Assembly (NCBI GenBank): GCA_964425325.1
Contig: CAYRLX010000004.1
Span: 4,577-68,576 of the forward strand
Origin: an uncultured Muribaculaceae bacterium
Lineage (GTDB): Bacteria; Bacillota_I; Bacilli_A; RF39; UBA660
Direction of reading: 5' to 3'
DNA length: 64,000 nucleotides
Notes under the pieces: model-generated
What the model was told of the DNA's origin: nothing
Database searches by the model: none
The model's input: only the letters and a program-made list of their open reading frames with translations
Translations under genes and position numbers: made by a program
Shown here: piece after piece, positions 7,561 through 18,976 of the stretch
Numbering within the stretch: position 1 is the stretch's first letter
Layout: every line of letters starts with the position of its first letter

Positions 7561-9846
7561 CTAACGAATGCGTCCTTTTTCTTCTGGATGCTCTTCTACA
7601 TATTTATCAAAATCAGCATAAATACCATCGATAATTATTTTTTTCTGAGCATCAGTCAAATTACTATTAATAACAAAGTCGACATCAGATGCATATCTTT
7701 CTATATCATTAGTTACTTCTTCTCTAGCAATTTGTTCATCTACTATATCTCTAATTTTTATCTGCTTCTCAGCTTCAGCTTGATTTTCAGAGATTAATTC
7801 CTTAACTCGTTTATCTTCAGACAATAATTCATCAAATTTATCTTCATCACCAGATGCCCATACATCTTTAAATTGCTCATTAATTTCTGCTCTTCTCTTA
7901 GTTAAATCACTTACATATCTGCTAAGATCATCGATTTTAGAATCAAGAGTTTCACCATTATCAACACGTTTGTTTATTTCAGCCATTTTTTTATCAAGCA
8001 TTTCATCAACCTTCTGAGAAGATGTTTTGTAAACCTCGTCATCAATATTTTGAACTCTCTTTTGAGCTTCCTCATCAATTTTTAACTGCATTTCATCTGA
8101 CATATTAACTGGCTTGTCCTCTTCTAAATGAACTTCTTTAAAATGTTTAGGTCCAGAACTAGCAAAATGTTTTCCTTTTTTTTCAGTCGCATCTAAAGAT
8201 TCAGAAGCTTTTTTAGCAAGCTCATCTTCATAAATCTTTTGAGCATTATTAAAAGCTTTAACTAAAGTATCAGCAAACTCATTATTGCGTATCTCACTTC
8301 TATATATTTCAATTATTTGCTCTACTCTAACGACAAATTTACTTCTTTCTTTTCTATCATAAGATGGATTTTTAAGTTCTTGAAGTAAATTTAAAAATTC
8401 TTCATTTAATTTATTGTCGTAAAGCACATTAGAATCATTCACATTTGCACGCAAAGTATCACCACCATAATTATTAGAATTTAAAGCATCAACCTGTTCT
8501 AATCTCACAATGGCATGTTTGTCAAAACAAAATTTATCCGAATCAATATCAGTATCTTTAATACTTTCATTTATATTATCCCTAACTTGATTTATAAAAT
8601 CTTCATCTTGAATGACAAGCTGATAAACATAAGAATTTATACAGTCTGCAATTCGCGAATTATAAAAATCAATAAATTTACCATTAGAAACAGGTATCTT
8701 AATATTACCAATCCTACCACCGTCTATAAAACTTTGAAGTATATTATCAATCGTACTAGAAACTATTCTATTAACCAGTTGCTTAAAAGAATCTGAATCA
8801 ATATCATCAGGCTTATATCCATAATAATCAAATGCATCATTAGGATCAAATTTTTCTCCAAACTTTTTTTCCCTATTTTTTAAAACTCTCAAACGATCAT
8901 TATAGCACCATTTTGCATATTCAAAAATAGCTTCATTAATCTTTGCTATTAAACCATTTCTAATACTATCATAATTATCACCAACATATTTTCTAAATAA
9001 CTTACTAAGCACATCCTCAATTATCTTTGATCTAACTCCATTAAAAGACTGTAGTTTACCATCAGATGTTTTTAAAGGTTCAGATCCATAACCAATAAAG
9101 TCGTCTATTCGCCCTGTAAGAATTGGTGGTTTTTTCATTCTAGAAACCAAATCTGGATTATCTTTTTTAATTTCTTCTAATATTTCAATATAATTTAATA
9201 AATTTTCAGTAGAAGAATAAACTACAATAGTATCATCTCTACCTGCAAATTCATCAAATTTATAATAATATGGCAAATGATGCTCATCACATTTTTGAGA
9301 AAAAAGTGTAATAAACTTATATAAATCAGAACGTTCAATATTTAAGTATAACCTATGTTCAACATTAGGATACTCATCTTTTTTAGCCGTTAAATACCTT
9401 GAACAAACATGGACCCAACCACTATACTCACCAAGAGAACTCCACTTATATTTATCTAACGCTTTTTTTAATTCTGCATCTACATTACTACCACTAAAAA
9501 TTTCATCCGCCTCTTCCATAGTAGAAACGTCAGGAATACTTTTTAAGTATTTTCTCATTTTTTTAAAGTCTAATCCAAAACTACCACGTCTATACAGCTC
9601 ATCAAATTCATCTTTTGTCATAGAAACAATACTATTTTTCCACTTGTTAAACATCATAGAATAAAAAACATCAGCATCTTTTTTATTTACAATAAAGTTA
9701 GATTTTTCTTCTTCTAAATTAGTTATATTACCATAAAGACCACCAAAAACAAATGGAGAATTACCATAAGCTTTAATCAATTTTTTAATTACATTATCAT
9801 CTTCTAATGGATTTCTGATACTACTATATAGCTCCATAAGAGTCAT
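7561..9846 (-). CDS. large hypothetical protein: globular N-terminal part, long acidic coiled-coil C-terminus
   Basis: 761 aa with ATG and RBS GGAGGTG. The segment EHRLYLNI...GRDDTIVVYSS is reminiscent of HopA1-like domains, but this is a weak recollection only. Confidence 0.6.
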   Translation of the reverse strand: MTLMELYSSIRNPLEDDNVIKKLIKAYGNSPFVFGGLYGNITNLEEEKSNFIVNKKDADVFYSMMFNKWKNSIVSMTKDEFDELYRRGSFGLDFKKMRKYLKSIPDVSTMEEADEIFSGSNVDAELKKALDKYKWSSLGEYSGWVHVCSRYLTAKKDEYPNVEHRLYLNIERSDLYKFITLFSQKCDEHHLPYYYKFDEFAGRDDTIVVYSSTENLLNYIEILEEIKKDNPDLVSRMKKPPILTGRIDDFIGYGSEPLKTSDGKLQSFNGVRSKIIEDVLSKLFRKYVGDNYDSIRNGLIAKINEAIFEYAKWCYNDRLRVLKNREKKFGEKFDPNDAFDYYGYKPDDIDSDSFKQLVNRIVSSTIDNILQSFIDGGRIGNIKIPVSNGKFIDFYNSRIADCINSYVYQLVIQDEDFINQVRDNINESIKDTDIDSDKFCFDKHAIVRLEQVDALNSNNYGGDTLRANVNDSNVLYDNKLNEEFLNLLQELKNPSYDRKERSKFVVRVEQIIEIYRSEIRNNEFADTLVKAFNNAQKIYEDELAKKASESLDATEKKGKHFASSGPKHFKEVHLEEDKPVNMSDEMQLKIDEEAQKRVQNIDDEVYKTSSQKVDEMLDKKMAEINKRVDNGETLDSKIDDLSRYVSDLTKRRAEINEQFKDVWASGDEDKFDELLSEDKRVKELISENQAEAEKQIKIRDIVDEQIAREEVTNDIERYASDVDFVINSNLTDAQKKIIIDGIYADFDKYVEEHPEEKGRIR

Positions 9847-9892
9847 AAGAACACCTCCAACTAGCCATATTATACCACACTATTAAATAATA

Positions 9893-9929
9893 AAAAAAGT
9901 AAAAAAGTATTTGATTTACAAATACTTTT
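9893..9929 (-). terminator. intrinsic terminator after dnaJ
   Basis: Minus strand AAAAGTATTTG-TAAAT-CAAATACTTTT followed by a T-run. The stem overlaps the dnaJ stop codon. Confidence 0.6.
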
Positions 9930-11037
9930 CAATAGCTTTAAATTCTTTTTCATTTTCTATATTAGTACTATCAAGTGATTCAAATAGTCTCTTCTGATTT
10001 CTATCTAATTTACGAGGAATAATCACATTTAATGTAATATACATGTCGCCCTTACGCCTGTAATTAACATCCTCGATTCCTTTACCCTTAAGTCTTAAAA
10101 TATCACCATTTTGACTACCAGCAGGGATACTAACCTTTACAGAACCATCCAATGTAGGAACCATTTTCTTAGAGCCTAAAGCTGCATCAGAAATACTTAT
10201 AGGCATATTTAAATGAATATCTCTTCCATCTCTTACAAAAATAGGATGTTCTTTAACATAAAATTCTAAATAAATATCACCGTTAGGGCCACCATTAGAA
10301 CCAGCTTCACCTTTTCCTTTAATTCTAAGTTGATTTCCAGTATCAACACCAGCAGGAACCTTAACTTCTATATCCTTATTAGCTCTTACCTTTCCAGTTC
10401 CTCTACATTTTCTACAAGTATCTTCAAATACTTCTCCTCTACCAGAACACTTTGGACAAGTAGTCTGACTCATAAAAGCACCAAATAAAGTTTGCTGACG
10501 AGATGAAACTACACCAGAGCCACCACAATCAGGACACTTCTTAGAACCATGTCCTCCTTTACCATCACAATCATCGCATGTTTCATTCAAGGTTAAATTG
10601 ACAGTTTTTTTACATCCAAATACAGCCTCCTCAAAATCTAGATTAACTCTTACAACAGTATCTCTTCCTTTACTAGGTCTATTGCCCCTAGAACCAAAAG
10701 AAGAAAAACCATCAAAACCAGAAAAAGAAGAAGAAAATCCACCGCCAAATAAGTCACTAAATATATCACTAAAATCAAATCCAGAAAAATCATATCCACC
10801 AGATGAGCCATTACCACTAAACGCTGCATGACCAAATTGATCATATTGCTTTCTTTTAGCATCATCAGATAATACAGCATAAGCTTCCTGTGCTTCTTTA
10901 AACTTCTCAGCCGCATCAGGCTCTTTAGAAACATCAGGATGATATTTTTTAGCTAGTTTCCTAAAAGCACTCTTTATCTCAGCTGAAGAGGCATCTTTAG
11001 AAACACCTAAAACCTCATAATAATCTCTTTTTTCCAT
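9916..11037 (-). CDS. dnaJ: molecular chaperone DnaJ
   Basis: J domain with HPD (KKYHPDV), G/F-rich linker, four CxxCxGxG zinc-finger repeats. Confidence 0.95.
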   Translation of the reverse strand: MEKRDYYEVLGVSKDASSAEIKSAFRKLAKKYHPDVSKEPDAAEKFKEAQEAYAVLSDDAKRKQYDQFGHAAFSGNGSSGGYDFSGFDFSDIFSDLFGGGFSSSFSGFDGFSSFGSRGNRPSKGRDTVVRVNLDFEEAVFGCKKTVNLTLNETCDDCDGKGGHGSKKCPDCGGSGVVSSRQQTLFGAFMSQTTCPKCSGRGEVFEDTCRKCRGTGKVRANKDIEVKVPAGVDTGNQLRIKGKGEAGSNGGPNGDIYLEFYVKEHPIFVRDGRDIHLNMPISISDAALGSKKMVPTLDGSVKVSIPAGSQNGDILRLKGKGIEDVNYRRKGDMYITLNVIIPRKLDRNQKRLFESLDSTNIENEKEFKAIEKYL

Positions 11038-11046
11038 CTACATCAC

Positions 11047-12825
11047 CTACTTATACAAACTTTTAAATTCATCTATTACACTCTTAAACATATCCATGCC
11101 CTTTTGAATAACTTCTGGATCACTTATATCCACACCAGCCACTTTAAGTTCATCAACAGGATGCATACTTCCACCTAAAGTTAAAAATTTCAAATATTTA
11201 GAAAGAGCTTCTTTATCACCAGATAATATATTACTAGCTATAAAGCACGCAGCAGCAAGTCCAGTCGCATACTGATATACATAAAAATTATAATAGAAAT
11301 GAGGAATCTTTTCCCACTCATATCTTATCTCTGGATCACTTATCATCTCGCTTCCAGAGTATTTTTTATAAAGTTCAAAATACGAATCAGAAATGAACTT
11401 ACTAGTTAATACTTCACCATTTTCCTCAGCCTTATGCATCTTATATTCAAACTCAGCAAACATAGTCTGCCTTACTATAGAACCTTTAAATAGTTCCATT
11501 AAACTATCTAATATATTAAGTTTCTCTAATCTGTCATCAGTATGATTAATTAAATATCTAGCTAAGATTATCTCATTAACTTGACTAGCAACCTCAGCTA
11601 CAAATATCCTGTAATTATGATAAATATAAGGATTATTTAAAGTAGAATAATAAGTATGCATAGAGTGTCCAAGCTCGTGAGCTAGCGTAGAGACATCATT
11701 AAACTTACCATTAAAATTGAGTAAAACATAAGGTTTAGAAGTATAACATCCAGAAGAATAAGCTCCTCCCCTTTTACCATCATTAGGATAAACATCTATC
11801 CACCTTTCAGTAAAAGCTTTTTTTAAATCGCGAATATAATCATCACCTAAAACAGATAAAGCTTCAAGTACAATATCACGGGCCTCTTCAAAAGAATATT
11901 TTTTTGATGACTCTCGGATTAAATCAGTATAAATATCATAAATATGAATCTCATCAAGTCCTAATACTTCTTTTTTAAGCTTATAATAATCATCCATAAT
12001 ATACAAATTCTTATGAATAGTATCAATTAAATTATCATAAATCTTATCATCTACATTAGATCCAAATAAAGCAGCTTCCCTAGCATCTTTATAACCCCTT
12101 ATTTTAGCATTAGTATTCATATACTTAACATGGTTACTATAAGCAGTAGCAAAAGTGTTTTGCATATTCTCATACTGTTTATAAAGTTTATAAAAAGCAT
12201 CTTTTCTAACATTTCTATCTTTATCAGTTATATAATTAGAAAAATTAGTATTAGTTAGTTCTTCTTCCTTACCATCCTTTAAAATAGTTCCAAATTTAAT
12301 ATCACTATTACACAAATAAGAAGATATCTCCTCAAAAGAAGATAAAGGACTAGAAAGAAGCGAAATTAATTTTTCCTCCTTTGGACTTAAAACGTGTTTT
12401 TTACCTCTAAGTAAATTTTCAAACTCAAACTCATACATCTTAAGTTTAGGTTCTTCCTCTATAAATTTATGAACCTCATCCATATTAAGTTTCATCATCT
12501 CAGGAATAATAAATGAAGTATTTTCAGATATATTAGTAGATAATTTATCTATTTTCCCACTTAATTCTTGATACTTAAAATTAGTTACATCCTCATCAAA
12601 TTTAAGTGAACTATAGCAGCAAATAGCCTCATATTTTTTAGAAAACTCCTCATCAAAGACAAAGAAATCATAAATATCTTTAGCATTATTAAGCCTGCCT
12701 TCATAATCTTTATACTTAAGATAATTATCCTCTAAATATTTAAAATCCTTATTAAAATCAGATTCACTTTTATATAAGCTAGATAAATCCCACTTCATCT
12801 CTTCTTTAATTTCGCTTCTTTTCAT
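11047..12825 (-). CDS. pepF: oligoendopeptidase F (M3B family)
   Basis: 592 aa with the zinc motif AHELGHSMH and typical PepF length and organisation. Confidence 0.85.
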   Translation of the reverse strand: MKRSEIKEEMKWDLSSLYKSESDFNKDFKYLEDNYLKYKDYEGRLNNAKDIYDFFVFDEEFSKKYEAICCYSSLKFDEDVTNFKYQELSGKIDKLSTNISENTSFIIPEMMKLNMDEVHKFIEEEPKLKMYEFEFENLLRGKKHVLSPKEEKLISLLSSPLSSFEEISSYLCNSDIKFGTILKDGKEEELTNTNFSNYITDKDRNVRKDAFYKLYKQYENMQNTFATAYSNHVKYMNTNAKIRGYKDAREAALFGSNVDDKIYDNLIDTIHKNLYIMDDYYKLKKEVLGLDEIHIYDIYTDLIRESSKKYSFEEARDIVLEALSVLGDDYIRDLKKAFTERWIDVYPNDGKRGGAYSSGCYTSKPYVLLNFNGKFNDVSTLAHELGHSMHTYYSTLNNPYIYHNYRIFVAEVASQVNEIILARYLINHTDDRLEKLNILDSLMELFKGSIVRQTMFAEFEYKMHKAEENGEVLTSKFISDSYFELYKKYSGSEMISDPEIRYEWEKIPHFYYNFYVYQYATGLAAACFIASNILSGDKEALSKYLKFLTLGGSMHPVDELKVAGVDISDPEVIQKGMDMFKSVIDEFKSLYK

Positions 12826-12847
12826 AAAATCTCCTATCTATACTAGA

Positions 12848-12871
12848 GAAGTTCTAGTCACCTAGAACTTC
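12848..12871 (-). promoter_or_regulatory. 10-bp perfect stem-loop between dnaK and pepF
   Basis: GAAGTTCTAG-TCAC-CTAGAACTTC with no U-run afterwards. Likely an mRNA processing, stability or partial-attenuation element. Confidence 0.4.
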
Positions 12872-12872
12872 A

Positions 12873-14702
<1,830 letters not shown>

Positions 14703-14712
14703 TCACCTTTCC

Positions 14713-15252
14713 TTATTCACTGACCTTTACCATAGCAGGTCTAATTACTTTTCCTTTCAAAATATATCCCTTTTGCATTACTTCAGCTACCTTATTAGCT
14801 TCCATACCTTCTACCTTTTCAGTTAAAACTCCTTGATGAATAGTAGGATCAAATTCTACTCCTACCTTGTCAATAGCTTCAACTTCATATTTCTTAAGAA
14901 CGTCAACTAAATGACAATAAATCATCTTAAATCCAGATAAGAACTTAGAAAGCTCATCATCTAAATTAGTATCATCTAAATTAATAGCTCTCTCGAAATT
15001 ATCTACAATTGGAAGAATATCCTTGCAAATATCTTCATTCGCAAACTTAAGCATCGAAGACACCTCTTCATCCTTCCTCTTTCGGTAATTTATATTATCA
15101 GCCCTAGCTTTAAGTAAAGCCTCTTCTAGTTCCTTTATTTTTTTAATATCATCTTCATTATGAATAATTTTTTTTACTAATTTTGACTTCTTGTGCTTTT
15201 CACTTTTTTTAACCTCTTTATGTTCTTGTACTTTTTCTTTTACTTCTTCCAT
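14713..15252 (-). CDS. grpE: nucleotide exchange factor GrpE
   Basis: Position between hrcA and dnaK. Coiled-coil N-terminus and GrpE C-terminal beta domain (RPAMVKV). Confidence 0.9.
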   Translation of the reverse strand: MEEVKEKVQEHKEVKKSEKHKKSKLVKKIIHNEDDIKKIKELEEALLKARADNINYRKRKDEEVSSMLKFANEDICKDILPIVDNFERAINLDDTNLDDELSKFLSGFKMIYCHLVDVLKKYEVEAIDKVGVEFDPTIHQGVLTEKVEGMEANKVAEVMQKGYILKGKVIRPAMVKVSE

Positions 15253-15256
15253 TTAA

Positions 15257-16249
15257 TCACTCTTTTCCAATATTTTCTTTAATAAAATTAAGTAGTGCTT
15301 CAGCTTTATCATATTCCATTCTCTTTGGACCAATCAAAGCAATCGTACCTTCTTCTCCATCTTTATAAAAGTAAGTTTTAATAACAGAAATATCATCATC
15401 TATATTATTCTCACTGCCTATATAAACCTTTATACCATCGTCTTCTTCTTTAATTTGTTTAATAATATCCTTATCCTCAAATTTATTAAGTAAATTTCTA
15501 ATTTTACTAACATCACTAAACTCAGGTTCCATAAGAAGATTTGTAGTTCCACTTACCTTTATATTACTCTTTGGAGCAAAATCACTAAAAGCATTGTAAA
15601 ATGCATTATATAAAGCTTCATGCTGTTTAACATATTTATCAATTACCGGTTTAACTTCAAATTCGAGCACACTAGCAACTTCATTTAAAGAAACACCAAC
15701 AATTAATTTATTTATAATGTCAACAGTTTGTTTAATCTCAGCTTTACTAACATTACCATTAATAACGACATTTCTATTTTCAACATGACCCTTATCAGTT
15801 ATTACTATTGCAATCATCTTATTTGAATCAATTGGAATAGCCTCCACCTTAGCAATCCTGTTATCAGAAGAACTTCTTCCAAGTACAACTGCCGTATAAT
15901 TAGTAAGTTCAGATACTATTTCCATACTTTTATTAATCGCATCACTTAAAACTAAAGCATTGTTTGAAAATATCTGTTTTAATTTAAGCATATCCTCCCC
16001 ATTAAGTTCTCTAGGTACCATTATATTGTCAACATAATACCTGTATCCCTTATCAGAAGGAATCCTTCCAGAAGATATATGTGTCTTCTCTAAAAGTCCT
16101 AAAGACTCAAGTGCGGCCATTTCATTTCTAATAGTAGCCGATGAACAATTAAGACTCTTACAAAGGGCTTTAGATCCGACAGGCTTAACTGTTTTAATGT
16201 AACTTTCAACAATTAATTTAAGTAATTTTTCTTGCCTACCACTTAACAT
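15257..16249 (-). CDS. hrcA: heat-inducible transcription repressor HrcA
   Basis: N-terminal winged helix LLKLIVESYIKTVKPVGSKAL. First gene of the dnaK operon, with CIRCE upstream. Confidence 0.92.
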   Translation of the reverse strand: MLSGRQEKLLKLIVESYIKTVKPVGSKALCKSLNCSSATIRNEMAALESLGLLEKTHISSGRIPSDKGYRYYVDNIMVPRELNGEDMLKLKQIFSNNALVLSDAINKSMEIVSELTNYTAVVLGRSSSDNRIAKVEAIPIDSNKMIAIVITDKGHVENRNVVINGNVSKAEIKQTVDIINKLIVGVSLNEVASVLEFEVKPVIDKYVKQHEALYNAFYNAFSDFAPKSNIKVSGTTNLLMEPEFSDVSKIRNLLNKFEDKDIIKQIKEEDDGIKVYIGSENNIDDDISVIKTYFYKDGEEGTIALIGPKRMEYDKAEALLNFIKENIGKE

Positions 16250-16295
16250 ACATACACCTCACTTTTAAAACATGCATTACTATCATATGTCAAAA

Positions 16296-16322
16296 TTAGC
16301 ACTTCTATTCCATGAATGCTAT
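16296..16322. promoter_or_regulatory. CIRCE-like operator (degenerate) in the hrcA leader
   Basis: TTAGCACTT-N9-GAATGCTAT versus the consensus TTAGCACTC-N9-GAGTGCTAA. Confidence 0.55.
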
Positions 16323-16325
16323 TTT

Positions 16326-16354
16326 ATTGTAGCACTCTTTTTTAGCACTGTCAA
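16326..16354 (-). promoter_or_regulatory. hrcA operon promoter
   Basis: Minus strand TTGACA (16349-16354), 17 nt, TACAAT (16326-16331). The -35 element lies inside the upstream CIRCE. Confidence 0.55.
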
Positions 16355-16368
16355 GTAAAATGTGCTAA
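16342..16368. promoter_or_regulatory. CIRCE operator overlapping the -35
   Basis: TTAGCACTG-N9-ATGTGCTAA, with a perfect TTAGCAC/GTGCTAA inverted repeat. Confidence 0.65.
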
Positions 16369-16400
16369 AAAAACAAAAAGATAGAAAATCAAGTTTCTAT
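16367..16400 (-). terminator. intrinsic terminator after rtcB
   Basis: Minus strand ATAGAAA-CTTGAT-TTTCTAT followed by CTTTTTGTTTTTTT. Confidence 0.5.
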
Positions 16401-16456
16401 CTTTCATACTATTTCCTTTTTTTGAAGGAAATATAAATATTACAGCATAATAAAAT

Positions 16457-17653
16457 TTATACTAAACTACTATCCTTATAATTATAAATTGGCCTAATTA
16501 TTTTTTCAACATCCACAGTATCCTTTATATTTTCAATAATTTCATCAGTTTTTTTATAAGCTGCTGGAGCTTCATCGATAGTTTCTTCACATACTGAAGT
16601 AGTATAAATATCTTTCATACTATTTTTATAATCATTTAAATTTAACATTTCTTTAGCCTTTTTACGTGACATTAACCTACCAGCTCCATGTGGTGCGGAT
16701 TGATTCCAATCGTCATTTCCTTTTCCAATAGCAACTATACAACCATCTTTCATATTCATAGGAATAAGTACTCTTTCTCCTTTTTTTGCAGATATAGCTC
16801 CTTTTCTAACAATATTATCATCGAATGAAATATAATTATGAATAGTTTCAAAATAATCATCAAATTTAATTTCCATATGCTTACAAATAATTTTAGCCAT
16901 TATCATTCTATTAAGAGAAGCAAATTCTTGACATATTTTCATATCATTTAAATAATCATTACGATAATTACCTTCTAAATAAGCAAATTCTCTAGGAATT
17001 GTTTCTTCATTTTCCTTATACTTGTTTTTAAATTCTTTAAGTTTCTTATTAATCTCTTTTTCCCTTCCATCTTTTTTATAATTAGAAATAATTTCATGAT
17101 ATTCCTTATTATATTCATCATTATTATTACACATTTTAACGGCAATACCTTGATAATATTCAGCAACCTGTACCCCCAAATTACGGCTACCAGAATGAAT
17201 TATTAAATACTTGTTATTATCATCATCTATATCAACTTCAATAAAATGATTGCCAGAACCTAATGTTCCTAAAGATTTTTCTAAGCGCTGAACATTAACT
17301 AAATTTGAAAAACATTTTAATTCTGTTAAATCAAATTCATGAATCTTCTCTTCATGAACATTCATACCACTTGGAACATACTTTCTAATTACTTTATCTA
17401 TTTTTTCTAAATCAATTTCAATATTACCAAGATTTACGCATAACATACCACAGCCAATGTCTACACCAACTATATTTGGAATAACTTTCTCACCAAGATT
17501 ACCAGTAAATCCAATTACGCAACCTTTACCAGCATGAACATCTGGCATTATTCTTATTTTACAATTTTCAAAAGCTTCTAAACTAAGCAAATCATCTATT
17601 TGATTTAGCGCTTCGCTCTCTATGTTAGAAGTAAAAATTTTTAAATCCTTCAT
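16457..17653 (-). CDS. rtcB: RNA ligase RtcB
   Basis: Metal and GMP site motifs MPDVHAGKG, GVDIGCGM, GSGNHFIE and SAPHGAGR. Confidence 0.9.
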   Translation of the reverse strand: MKDLKIFTSNIESEALNQIDDLLSLEAFENCKIRIMPDVHAGKGCVIGFTGNLGEKVIPNIVGVDIGCGMLCVNLGNIEIDLEKIDKVIRKYVPSGMNVHEEKIHEFDLTELKCFSNLVNVQRLEKSLGTLGSGNHFIEVDIDDDNNKYLIIHSGSRNLGVQVAEYYQGIAVKMCNNNDEYNKEYHEIISNYKKDGREKEINKKLKEFKNKYKENEETIPREFAYLEGNYRNDYLNDMKICQEFASLNRMIMAKIICKHMEIKFDDYFETIHNYISFDDNIVRKGAISAKKGERVLIPMNMKDGCIVAIGKGNDDWNQSAPHGAGRLMSRKKAKEMLNLNDYKNSMKDIYTTSVCEETIDEAPAAYKKTDEIIENIKDTVDVEKIIRPIYNYKDSSLV

Positions 17654-17661
17654 AAAACCAC

Positions 17662-18087
17662 CTAAATTCCATAAATCTTAAAAATCTCTGTAAAGTTAAA
17701 CTCTTCTTCAATTTTAATCTTTTTATTATCATCATATACTTTAATAAAATATATGTTATTATTTTTGTTTTCTATTTCAATATTTAAATCATAAAAATAT
17801 GTTGCAAACATGCTAGGAACACCCTCTTCTGAAATTTTTACAAAAGCATCTCTATGATTCTCATATTTTATTATATTAGTATATTTAACATCATATATTG
17901 ATAATTCTAAATATATAGTTAAATTCATTATCTTATCATCTAAAACTCCATCAATATTTATATTAAATGCATTTAATATATCGTCTAACAATAAATCATT
18001 ATTATCAGAAAAATCTTTTCTTCTAACAGCATTTTTTAAAATATTTTTATTCATAACTTTTATTTTATTATTATTTATCATAATCAT
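17662..18087 (-). CDS. hypothetical protein
   Basis: 141-aa ORF 8 nt upstream of rtcB with RBS GGTGATG. No archease motifs. Confidence 0.5.
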   Translation of the reverse strand: MIMINNNKIKVMNKNILKNAVRRKDFSDNNDLLLDDILNAFNINIDGVLDDKIMNLTIYLELSIYDVKYTNIIKYENHRDAFVKISEEGVPSMFATYFYDLNIEIENKNNNIYFIKVYDDNKKIKIEEEFNFTEIFKIYGI

Positions 18088-18158
18088 TTTGCATCACCGA
18101 AACAATTATATAATAGAAAAAAAAATAAATGTCCTTTTTTAAGAGACAAAAATACTGT

Positions 18159-18530
18159 CTAAATGACAGTATTATATGTAGAATATAAATATTGGTTTAT
18201 TAAATCAATATCATAGATTTTATTCTCTATAAAATAAGAAAAAACTAAATCTATTTCATCAGATGTAGATAATATATACCCTGCACTAGCTAACAAATGA
18301 TTACTATCACTTATATCTAATTTTAATGAAATACAAATTTTTAAAATGTTTGTTTTTCTAGGAATATAAGTACTATCACATCTGATTTTTGAAAACAAAC
18401 GCCTATCTAATCCCACACTATTGTAAACATCAGAATCTTTAAGACCACTTCTATCAATATAATGAAAAAGTAATTCCCTGAATTCCAATGTTTTAGTTTG
18501 ATTTAGATATTTAATTATTTTCTCTTTCAT
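18159..18530 (-). CDS. small HTH-domain protein
   Basis: ATG at 18530 with RBS GGAGGTAA. The pattern DVYNSVGLDRRLFSKIR...PRKTNILKICISLKL...LLASAGYILS resembles an XRE-like HTH family common in Firmicutes. Promoter TTGACT, 17 nt, TATAAT upstream. Confidence 0.55.
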   Translation of the reverse strand: MKEKIIKYLNQTKTLEFRELLFHYIDRSGLKDSDVYNSVGLDRRLFSKIRCDSTYIPRKTNILKICISLKLDISDSNHLLASAGYILSTSDEIDLVFSYFIENKIYDIDLINQYLYSTYNTVI

Positions 18531-18624
18531 ATTATTACCTCCGGATTTCAAGTCCAGATAAATATCTAAATCACGGATATTATAAAATATATATGTTATT
18601 TAGTCAAATTAGCTTTCAAAAAAA

Positions 18625-18668
18625 ACTTTACATTTTTGCAAAAAAAATAAATCTTTGGAGATTATTAC
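18625..18668 (+). repeat. 44-nt conserved motif, copy A
   Basis: ACTTTACATTTTTGCAAAAAAAATAAATCTTTGGAGATTATTAC. Same length and blocks as the copies at 30474-30517 and 57331-57374. Confidence 0.8.
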
Positions 18669-18748
18669 CATCAAAAAAAGAATCCTTATAAAAAGCAAAC
18701 TTAACTTTCTTTTATAAAAAGATTCTTAAATATATTATTTAATAAAAC

Positions 18749-18976
18749 TTATAATTCATTTTTTAATACTTTACATCTACCAGCAAATGAATTTCTATAT
18801 AATTCTGTATCTTTAATTAAGATGCCACTTTTAATTGCCTCAGCTATTATTTCAATTTTCAAATGATAATTACTATTTAAATTCCAATCATATGGAAATA
18901 ATTCCTCCTCTGTTAAACCAGGATTTTCTTCTTTATAACGCATTACTGCAATAACATATAAATCTTTATCTTGCAC
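18749..18976 (-). CDS. hypothetical small protein
   Basis: 75-aa ORF overlapping the 3' end of the 768-aa gene by 11 nt, suggesting translational coupling. Confidence 0.5.
   Translation of the reverse strand: MQDKDLYVIAVMRYKEENPGLTEEELFPYDWNLNSNYHLKIEIIAEAIKSGILIKDTELYRNSFAGRCKVLKNEL

Noticed and set aside
17662-18087. 141-aa ORF upstream of rtcB as archease (the usual RtcB cofactor of similar size)
   Set aside because: It lacks the archease N-terminal HTAD motif and its sequence is Asn/Ile-rich with no resemblance. It is left as hypothetical.
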